Shown here: positions 24,894 to 32,000 of the stretch, one piece after another
How the letters are laid out: every line of letters begins with the position of its first letter
Numbering within the stretch: position 1 is the stretch's first letter
Source: Promethearchaeota archaeon
GTDB lineage: Archaea > Asgardarchaeota > Lokiarchaeia > Sigyniarchaeales > Promethearchaeaceae
Length of the DNA: 32,000 nucleotides
Assembly: GCA_016933055.1 (NCBI GenBank)
Contig: JAFGBS010000009.1
Coordinates: 270,001 to 302,000, forward strand
Direction of reading: 5' to 3'
The notes under the pieces: generated by a model
The model's database searches: none
The model's input: only the letters and a program-made list of their open reading frames with translations
What the model was told of the DNA's origin: nothing
Position numbers and translations under genes: made by a program

Positions 24894-26312
24894 GTGGATA
24901 GATCATGGACACCTGATGTGAGAAACATCGCTCAACGCCTTAACCGTGCAATAAGGAAACAAGACTTCATTCAAGCCAAAATTCTAATTGATCAATTGAT
25001 CAACCAGAGGAGAAATGGAGTAAATCCTAATCTTCGTCAAGATGCTGCTATTGTGATAGATCACATAATTCAGAAATACGGTAAAGAGCAACCAACAGAT
25101 TTTCTCTCTGAAGATTGGCAAGGGGATTTTAAAGGAATTCGCAAGCGGCTAGTCATTTTATTTCAAACCAGAAACTTAGGGGAACTGAAAAAGCTACTGG
25201 AAAGAATGAATACTGTTGCTACTACGAATGCAGACTCTTCCGTTAGGATACAAGCTCTAAATATTCTTGCAGAGATTGCAAAATACAATGTGAAATTGGT
25301 GGATCTCTATGAACAGAAATATCTGCGAGTTTTTTTAGATGAAAAAAATCTCTCTATTCAGAAACTAGTAAATGAACTATTAGTACAAATCGACCCTGCA
25401 GAATATTATGGAAATTATGAACAGACCTTAGAAAAATTAAATCGTAGAGAAAAAAAGGTTAACATCACCGTGCGATATGATTTTCACAACGATTTTTTAC
25501 GATATAAAGTTCAAGTTCTTAATAATACGGAGGAAATTTTGTGGGATGTGAATTATCAGATAAATAAATATGAGAACAACTTAATTATCCGCCAAATTTA
25601 TCCAGACTTTTACGAAGTTTATGAAAATAATGTCATTTATCTTTCTATTCTTCGCCCTGGTGAAATGAAAGAGATTATTGTAACGGTGGAACCACGATCA
25701 CCTCAAATCTATCTGGAGGGAATGGTAAATTACAAAAAACAAAATGAAAATGATTACTATGCTATTCCCGCCCAAGATCTAATGGTGGATTTAATAGCAT
25801 GCTTACCCAAGTTCCAATTATTGGAAAAAAAGGTAGGTGTGAGTCATATTCGGGAATTTTTTGATTTTCATGTCAAATATAAAAGTTCCAACGTATTTGC
25901 ATTACCGAACTCGATTAGCCCTAAGTTAGCTTATAAGACAGGTAAGGAAATTCTAGAAAAGTTACATACGATACTGGCGTTAGATGTCATGGATGAAGAT
26001 CCATTTTTTGGGGAGGCATTGTTTTATGGGAAGACAGACGCAAATGAAGAAATTGTGGCTATATTACGCAGTTCTGAGGAAAACAAATCTCTGGAAATTA
26101 CCATTGGTACGAACAACAACACCCACTTAGTAGCAATACAAATCAGTTTTGATGATCAACTCCGTCAGAACTTAATTTTATGTCCTGAATTCTCACCACA
26201 TGATAAACTAATTGAGCTTAGATGCCCCCATTGTTTGAGTTCTTTTGATAAAATTCGAAACTGGTGTCCTTGGTGCGGTTTTGAACTCGATCCCAACTTT
26301 CTCCTCTCATAA
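24894..26312 (+). CDS. Helical-repeat + beta-sandwich + alpha/beta platform + Zn-ribbon protein (adaptin/coatomer ear-like)
   Basis: HEAT-like VRIQALNILAEIAK; Ig-like YKVQVLNN...LRPGE.K.I.V.V.P; platform-like ALFYGKT...LEITIGT; C-terminal CPHC...CPWC. Confidence 0.6.
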   Translation: MDRSWTPDVRNIAQRLNRAIRKQDFIQAKILIDQLINQRRNGVNPNLRQDAAIVIDHIIQKYGKEQPTDFLSEDWQGDFKGIRKRLVILFQTRNLGELKKLLERMNTVATTNADSSVRIQALNILAEIAKYNVKLVDLYEQKYLRVFLDEKNLSIQKLVNELLVQIDPAEYYGNYEQTLEKLNRREKKVNITVRYDFHNDFLRYKVQVLNNTEEILWDVNYQINKYENNLIIRQIYPDFYEVYENNVIYLSILRPGEMKEIIVTVEPRSPQIYLEGMVNYKKQNENDYYAIPAQDLMVDLIACLPKFQLLEKKVGVSHIREFFDFHVKYKSSNVFALPNSISPKLAYKTGKEILEKLHTILALDVMDEDPFFGEALFYGKTDANEEIVAILRSSEENKSLEITIGTNNNTHLVAIQISFDDQLRQNLILCPEFSPHDKLIELRCPHCLSSFDKIRNWCPWCGFELDPNFLLS

Positions 26313-26457
26313 TATGTGTGAAATGACCTACTTCACGATTTTCATGCTTAAGGAAAATCCTTGGTACCTTCCACAACACTAATCTCACAAAGGAATCTTA
26401 TGATCACTCGTTAATAATCTCTCATAGAAACCGTTAAATTGTTCTATTTACCATAAT

Positions 26458-28077
26458 TTGTTAGGTAGCATGAAATCCCAAGTTGATTTGGGGGTTCCTA
26501 TTCCTCCCCATAAGGCCCTAGTTACTAGGGTAATAAAACAAGTCACTAAAGAACAAAGAGAGAGAGCTTTACAAGAAACGGAATATAATGTTTTCTCATT
26601 TCCCTCAGATCTTCTCTTTCTTGATTTTCTTTCCGATAGTGGTACTACAACCATGACGGACCTTCAATGGTCTGCACTATTTCATGGGGATGAGTCATAT
26701 GGAAGAAATAAAGGATATTATGTATTACTCGATGCAATCCGGGATGTTTTTGAACGAGGGGATTCCCCGAAAAAATCTATTGAATTGTTGTTATCAGGTG
26801 TGGATGATGTAGAACGCTTAATGAATGAATTATATCTCGTACCTTATGAAGAGGGTTTTGTAAATGGAGGTATTCACCAATTAGATAGACCTAATGCTTT
26901 TATCGTACCACAAGGTAGATGCGCCGAATTTCTGTTATTTTCCACGATCTCAAAAATATTGCATAAAAGAGATTCGAACCTAGAATACTATATTCCAAAT
27001 AATGGTCATTTTGATACCACAGAGGCTAACATCGTCGCAAGTGGATTACATGCTGTCAATTTATTTGATAAAAACATAATCCTTGAAGAATTCCCCCTCG
27101 AGAGTGTGGAAATGTCAAATCCTTTCAAAGGAAACATGGATATTCGCTTATTAAAAGAATTCATTAAAGAAATTTCTCTTGAGCAAATTCCCCTCATATA
27201 TCTTACTATCACAAATAATACTGCTGCAGGACAACCAGTTTCTCTAAAAAATATACAAACGGTTTCGGAAATTTCACATGAAAATAATATACCATTGTTC
27301 TTTGATGCCTGCAGATTTGCAGAAAACGCCTATTTCATCAAATTATATGAATCTGATTATCGGTCATGGTCGATTAAAAAAATTATCCAAAAAATGTTTT
27401 CTTATGCAGATGGTTTTACAATTTCATTCAAAAAGGATGGATTAGCGAATATGGGGGGTGGATTGTTTTTCCGAGATAAAGGAGTATTTCAAACAAATTT
27501 TTCCGAAAACAGCGATATTGGTACTCAACTAAAGGTCACCCAAATCTTAACATTTGGTAACGATTCATATGGGGGATTAAGCGGACGAGATATAATGGCG
27601 CTTGCAGCAGGATTATATGAAGGTACAAAGGAATCCTATTTAGCAAATAGACTACGACAGACCCGATATTTTGCTAAGGAATTAGCAATACGAGAAATCC
27701 CAGTAATCTTGCCCCCAGGAGGGCATGCCGTATATATTGACATGAATCGGTTTTTTGAAGGAATTGATATGAAAATAGAAGATTATGGAGGTCTCGGATT
27801 TACTATAGAACTGATCCGACATTTTGGTGTGCGATCTTGTGAATTAGGTCCCTTTGCTTTTGAATGGGATCAAAAAACAAACGAACAAAGAGAAGGTATA
27901 TTAAATGTTGTTCGATTAGCTTTGCCTCGGAATGCGTATGAGACATCCCATATTGATTATGCGGTCGCAGCAATTGCTGAATTATACAAAAATCGAGAAA
28001 AGATTCCGAAAGTAGAAATAGCACGTGGTCGGAATTTACCCCTTCGTCATTTCCAAACTGGATTAAAACCAAAATAA
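26458..28077 (+). CDS. tnaA: Tryptophanase (PLP beta-eliminating lyase); likely start ATG at 26470
   Basis: DFLSDSGT, QGRCAE, HFDTT, FKGNMD, TNNTAAGQPVS, DACRFAENAYFI, SFKKDG (PLP Lys), YGGLSGRD, PPGGHAVYID. C-terminal LRHF indicates tryptophanase rather than tyrosine phenol-lyase (LRFF). Confidence 0.9.
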   Translation: MLGSMKSQVDLGVPIPPHKALVTRVIKQVTKEQRERALQETEYNVFSFPSDLLFLDFLSDSGTTTMTDLQWSALFHGDESYGRNKGYYVLLDAIRDVFERGDSPKKSIELLLSGVDDVERLMNELYLVPYEEGFVNGGIHQLDRPNAFIVPQGRCAEFLLFSTISKILHKRDSNLEYYIPNNGHFDTTEANIVASGLHAVNLFDKNIILEEFPLESVEMSNPFKGNMDIRLLKEFIKEISLEQIPLIYLTITNNTAAGQPVSLKNIQTVSEISHENNIPLFFDACRFAENAYFIKLYESDYRSWSIKKIIQKMFSYADGFTISFKKDGLANMGGGLFFRDKGVFQTNFSENSDIGTQLKVTQILTFGNDSYGGLSGRDIMALAAGLYEGTKESYLANRLRQTRYFAKELAIREIPVILPPGGHAVYIDMNRFFEGIDMKIEDYGGLGFTIELIRHFGVRSCELGPFAFEWDQKTNEQREGILNVVRLALPRNAYETSHIDYAVAAIAELYKNREKIPKVEIARGRNLPLRHFQTGLKPK

Positions 28078-28084
28078 GAGTTTT

Positions 28085-28381
28085 TTATTTTTCAACTGGT
28101 TGAGCTAAGATTTCCTCAATTTCCTTGATTTTTTCATGGACATTACGTCCTTTCTGAGTTAGCATAATTACTTTATCATAATCTTCATTTAATCGATACT
28201 TAATGAGTCCTTGGTTCAATAATTCTTTCTTAACCCGGTAATATTCATTCAGATAAGAACCCTTTTCCTTCAATGCTTGAAAGAAAATCGATTCTTCTGC
28301 TTCCGAATTTAATTCAGCTAAAATTTCCAAAGTTAATCCAAATCCTCTTTTGCGGTAATACTTAAAGAAATTGCTTTCCAT
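28085..28381 (-). CDS. Small winged-helix DNA-binding protein
   Basis: wHTH-like pattern ...YYRVKKELLNQGLI...VIMLTQKGRNV. Confidence 0.7.
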   Translation of the reverse strand: MESNFFKYYRKRGFGLTLEILAELNSEAEESIFFQALKEKGSYLNEYYRVKKELLNQGLIKYRLNEDYDKVIMLTQKGRNVHEKIKEIEEILAQPVEK

Positions 28382-28462
28382 ACTAACATGAAATTAAAGG
28401 ATTCTTAAAAAGGATTTCATAAGAACATAAAAACCCACGATTGATGAATCGAATCGAATTAT

Positions 28463-29656
28463 TTGATATTCGATTTATGCATTTGGAATTGTAAAATGAG
28501 GAATATCCTATTGAAAAAGATCATACTTTCACTGAATGACAAAATTCCAGAAGATTCAATTGATGATTTTGTCAATACGGCATTAGAAAATGGTATTACT
28601 GATTTTAAAGTAGAGAATCGACATTTTTATGAACAAATCTCTTCTATCGAGTATGTGAACATCTACTCCTGTGACTCAACATTACATCCTCAATTTCTCA
28701 TACTCAATAATCCCACCGAAGAAAGCATCGAAAATGAATTGGAAACTTCTGTACATTCTAATCATTTAGTCGGTATATGCCATGAGCTCGCTTCCAAAGA
28801 AGATGAACAAAACATAATTTCTCTCGCAAAAAAATTTCCTGATATTGCTTTTATTATTGCAGAACTTGGAAATAAAGAATGGAAGATCTTACCTTTTGAA
28901 AATCTAATAGCGGAACTTCTTTCTGTAGATATACTTTTATTTGCATCTGTCGAATCTGTTGAAGATTCTAAATTGATGACTAAGCTTCTTGAAGTAGGAG
29001 TAGATGGTATTATTTTCCATCCTCTTCAAGTGGATGAGATTCCAAAACTAAATTTTTTAACTAGAGTAACCCCAACCTTTGACTTAATTCAAGCAGAACT
29101 AGTTAGTATTAAACCCATCTCCAAGGCAGATAGAGTATGTGTCGATACTACCTCTATTTTACGAGAAAATGAGGGAATGTTAGTAGGGAGTACTGCAAAA
29201 GGCTTCGCTCTAATTCGTGCAGAAGTATCAGATAGTATTTTTACTTCTTCACGTCCCTTTCGAGTTAATGCTGGTGATGTTTCGGCATATATTATAGTAC
29301 CCTCTTTTGATGAAAAAGGGGATCTGAGTGTTAGAACTAAATATCTTTCGGAGATTAAAGGCGGAGATGACGTTATAGTTGTAAATTTACAAGGAAGGAT
29401 GCGAATTGTGACTGTGGGAAGAGCAAAAATTGAAACGCGCCCAATGTTACTGCTAAATTTCCAATTTCTTCATGGAAATGAAAAAGATGAATTTAATGTA
29501 ATTTTACAAAATGCAGAATCAGTAAATTTGTTGAAACCGGATGGAAATCCTATTTCAGTGACTAAAATTAGACGAGGAGACCGCATACTTTCTTATTTAG
29601 GTCCAAGTGCCACCCATTTTGGCACCCCTATAAAAGAAATGATAATAGAAAAATAG
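28463..29656 (+). CDS. aroB: 3-dehydroquinate synthase type II (archaeal); likely start ATG near 28497
   Basis: RVCVDT, GMLVGS, RPFRVNAG, YLSEI.GG, VGRAKIETRPMLL, LQNAE, HFG..I.E.I.EK motifs. Confidence 0.93.
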   Translation: MIFDLCIWNCKMRNILLKKIILSLNDKIPEDSIDDFVNTALENGITDFKVENRHFYEQISSIEYVNIYSCDSTLHPQFLILNNPTEESIENELETSVHSNHLVGICHELASKEDEQNIISLAKKFPDIAFIIAELGNKEWKILPFENLIAELLSVDILLFASVESVEDSKLMTKLLEVGVDGIIFHPLQVDEIPKLNFLTRVTPTFDLIQAELVSIKPISKADRVCVDTTSILRENEGMLVGSTAKGFALIRAEVSDSIFTSSRPFRVNAGDVSAYIIVPSFDEKGDLSVRTKYLSEIKGGDDVIVVNLQGRMRIVTVGRAKIETRPMLLLNFQFLHGNEKDEFNVILQNAESVNLLKPDGNPISVTKIRRGDRILSYLGPSATHFGTPIKEMIIEK

Positions 29657-29672
29657 AAAGTAAAAATATTAG

Positions 29673-31067
29673 TTATTTTCTAAGAGATTGAGCACGTTCT
29701 GATAAAGTTTTGTGCACATCATCTAAATCCCTCTCAACATATAGGAAAATTGGAATCCAAAGTAACACATTTAATACCCAGAATCCAATAGCTACCCACA
29801 TTGCCACACGCAATCCCAGTATTTGATTAATAGGATCATACACTGTGTTCACAAGATCCACAATCCATCCCGCCATTAACGGACCTAAACTCAACCCAAT
29901 TAAATCTAGCATTTGTGCTAAGCTTATCATAGTTGCTCTATTTTCTGGTAAATTAACATCTGCAAGTGTAGAAAACCAGTTTGGTTCTACTCCCTTATTA
30001 ATAAACATCAACAAAATTAAGGAAGCCAATGAAATCGCAGTTCTAGGATCAGAAAATAATTGGATCACATTCGCATCTGTGGGTGCTGAGAAATCAATCA
30101 GCATGAACACTATGAATAAAATTACCGGGACTGCATTACATAATAAGGCAATCAAAACTTTTGATTTCCGGTTTTTTCGGAATGAATTGTCTCCGATTTT
30201 TCCAAAAACTAAAGTCCCAATGATTCCAGCAAGGAAAGCAAATAGAACCAAATAAATTGCGAGTCCTTCTGGAATATTGTGGACTTTCTCTAAATACAGA
30301 AAAATCAGGAAAAATATAATACCAGATGGGATGCAATCGATAAAATTGACGATCAACCAAAAATTGCTTCTGGCATCCCATACTTTTCTGAAATCCCCTT
30401 TTTGAAGCTTAAAGACATATTGAGCCGCGCCAAGATCTTGTAATTCTACCTCCATAGCACCTCTTTGGGGTTCCTTAACAGCAATTAGGGTTAATCCTAC
30501 CGCAATGCTTAGTGCTCCACCCCCCAAATAAGCAAATCTCCACATTTCTGGGCTTGCTAACAATCCTCCCATAAACATACCGATTAGTTGACCCAAGGCG
30601 ATTCCTACAGAGATATAGGCAAATGACATGGTTCTTTTCGTAGGGGGGGTCAAATCCCCTACCATCGCAAAGATTGATGGTAATATTGCCCCGATTCCCA
30701 CACCGTTAAGAGAACGCGTAGCGAAGAAAAACCAATATCCTGTTTTCCCTGTAGGTGTAAAAAATGAAATTAATGAAAGGCTTCCATAAAGCATAGTCCC
30801 TATGAAACAGATCCATTTACGTGAAGTTCGATCAGAAAACACACCTGCGACTACCATAGCAATTCCGGAAAGGAATACAAAAACTGCTTGTAAAATCCCC
30901 ATGAAGCGAACAGAAATCAAGGATTCCGATCCAAAAAATTCTACTAAAAGAGTATCTAAAAATGGACTTAATAAACTTTGATCGATATATGAAAATACGA
31001 TAATAAAAAAGAACGCAAGAATTGTGAAAAACACCGTGGTTCTCGAAAATGTAGTGGTTCTTGTCAT
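29673..31067 (-). CDS. Major facilitator superfamily transporter (spinster-like)
   Basis: About 12 TM helices; motif-A-like GVFSDRTSRK; TRSLNGVG; ADVNLPENRAT. Confidence 0.9.
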   Translation of the reverse strand: MTRTTTFSRTTVFFTILAFFFIIVFSYIDQSLLSPFLDTLLVEFFGSESLISVRFMGILQAVFVFLSGIAMVVAGVFSDRTSRKWICFIGTMLYGSLSLISFFTPTGKTGYWFFFATRSLNGVGIGAILPSIFAMVGDLTPPTKRTMSFAYISVGIALGQLIGMFMGGLLASPEMWRFAYLGGGALSIAVGLTLIAVKEPQRGAMEVELQDLGAAQYVFKLQKGDFRKVWDARSNFWLIVNFIDCIPSGIIFFLIFLYLEKVHNIPEGLAIYLVLFAFLAGIIGTLVFGKIGDNSFRKNRKSKVLIALLCNAVPVILFIVFMLIDFSAPTDANVIQLFSDPRTAISLASLILLMFINKGVEPNWFSTLADVNLPENRATMISLAQMLDLIGLSLGPLMAGWIVDLVNTVYDPINQILGLRVAMWVAIGFWVLNVLLWIPIFLYVERDLDDVHKTLSERAQSLRK

Positions 31068-31118
31068 AATAGAGTATATTCTACCATATACTACTTAATT
31101 GTATTGATACAAGAGATC

Positions 31119-32000
31119 TTATTTTTTCTCTTTTCTCTTACTTGTATATCCAAGATCATCTAACACTTCCAGCATAGCTTCGTCATCAAAATCTTCGTAT
31201 TCATCTGCTGCAAATTGGTTAAAATTTAGACCATCCGGTACTGGGGGCTCCTCTTCAGAGCTAGTCACTTTTGTTGTGCCTATTTCTAGTGCTTCCACAT
31301 CATCCAATGGAATAGGAGGGACCTCGTTTTCATAAATTGGGAAATCTTGGTCTTCAATTCGAAAATGATAAGAGGAATGCGTAGAAGATGTTTCGGAAGC
31401 TTCTGGTTCAATATCTTGTCCTATCATATAATCTTCACTAATTGATACGATTCCTTTTGTGGAATCTTGATTGGTCGAAGATGGCACCTCATCTCCCTCC
31501 CATTCATCCAAGAAACTAAGCACATCTTGCATAGCGACAATATCATCACTCGCAGACACATCAGATTCAAACATTTGTGCTGCTTTTTCATCCATTTTCT
31601 CTTTTTTTACTTTTTCAGCTTCTAATTCAGCTCGAAGTTCTTCGGTGACTTTTCCTCCTGCAAGAATATAAGAAAATTTCTTACAACGGATTCGTAATAA
31701 CTCAAGATAATATCCTATACGTGCCAGATCGGTTAAACCCGCAAAAGTGAGATAATTACTGTCGATATGCATCAATATTGCATATCCTTCTTTACCTCGA
31801 ATCAGGATCTCCTTGAGATCACCATGATGGAGGTTTTGAACGAAATTAAGACCCACATCAATTAAGGCTGCAGAAGATGCCGCTAGTGGATCCACATCGA
31901 TATGATGAGATTTACTTGTTGCGATTTTCATGCCATTACGAGATAATATGGTTAGATTTTGCAGATCGCTTGTGCTTTCGATTCTAGCCAGTTCATTCAT
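31119..32000 (-). CDS. Roadblock/LC7 (MglB-like) domain protein with long acidic disordered tail; may be 5'-truncated at window edge
   Basis: ILSRNGMKIA...LAASSAALIDVG...LKEILIRGKEGYAILM...ARIGYYLELLR matches the roadblock fold; followed by about 180 acidic residues. Confidence 0.85.
   Translation of the reverse strand: MNELARIESTSDLQNLTILSRNGMKIATSKSHHIDVDPLAASSAALIDVGLNFVQNLHHGDLKEILIRGKEGYAILMHIDSNYLTFAGLTDLARIGYYLELLRIRCKKFSYILAGGKVTEELRAELEAEKVKKEKMDEKAAQMFESDVSASDDIVAMQDVLSFLDEWEGDEVPSSTNQDSTKGIVSISEDYMIGQDIEPEASETSSTHSSYHFRIEDQDFPIYENEVPPIPLDDVEALEIGTTKVTSSEEEPPVPDGLNFNQFAADEYEDFDDEAMLEVLDDLGYTSKRKEKK

Noticed and set aside
1799-31671. Remaining short ORF-track entries antisense to or nested in long genes (e.g. 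1799..2095, 2625..2810, 3209..3469, 10798..11151, 11575..11925, 15278..15631, 23030..23359, 29845..30255, 31471..31671)
   Set aside because: These are shadow ORFs of well-supported genes or have non-protein-like composition.
1-32000. tRNA, rRNA, RNase P/SRP RNA, CRISPR arrays, transposase genes
   Set aside because: No T-loop (GGTTCGA) cloverleaf, conserved RNA signatures, regularly spaced repeats or transposase motifs were seen on either strand.

Overview
AT-rich archaeal chromosomal window, most consistent with an Asgard archaeon of the Lokiarchaeia type. The evidence is an archaeal pus10-rpl21e-rpo4-DUF655-rsmA cluster, Rpo3, thermosome, Snf7/ESCRT-III, a roadblock protein and a eukaryote-style SECIS. 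The headline find is a gene missed by the ORF track at 17985..18278: a 97-aa HesB/IscA-like small protein with an in-frame TGA in an S-S-U-C-G motif. It is followed 23 nt after its stop by a well-formed eukaryote-like SECIS hairpin (18301..18354) and then a WCGPC thioredoxin, so this is a probable selenoprotein/thioredoxin redox module. A stand-alone ESCRT-III gene lies tail-to-tail with a Zn-finger/coiled-coil/PH-like protein ending in a steadiness-box-like hairpin. A small adaptin/coatomer-like protein (HEAT + ear-like + Zn ribbon) is also present. A defence island (4.0-9.5 kb) carries a type II R-M pair and a PIN-GNAT-EVE + ASCH pair, three of whose proteins carry PIP-box-like motifs. Other items are a catalytically degenerate Orc1/Cdc6 paralogue, a PIP-tagged nucleotide kinase, a split gene and several structured intergenic elements. 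All family assignments come from manual motif reading; no database searches were run.
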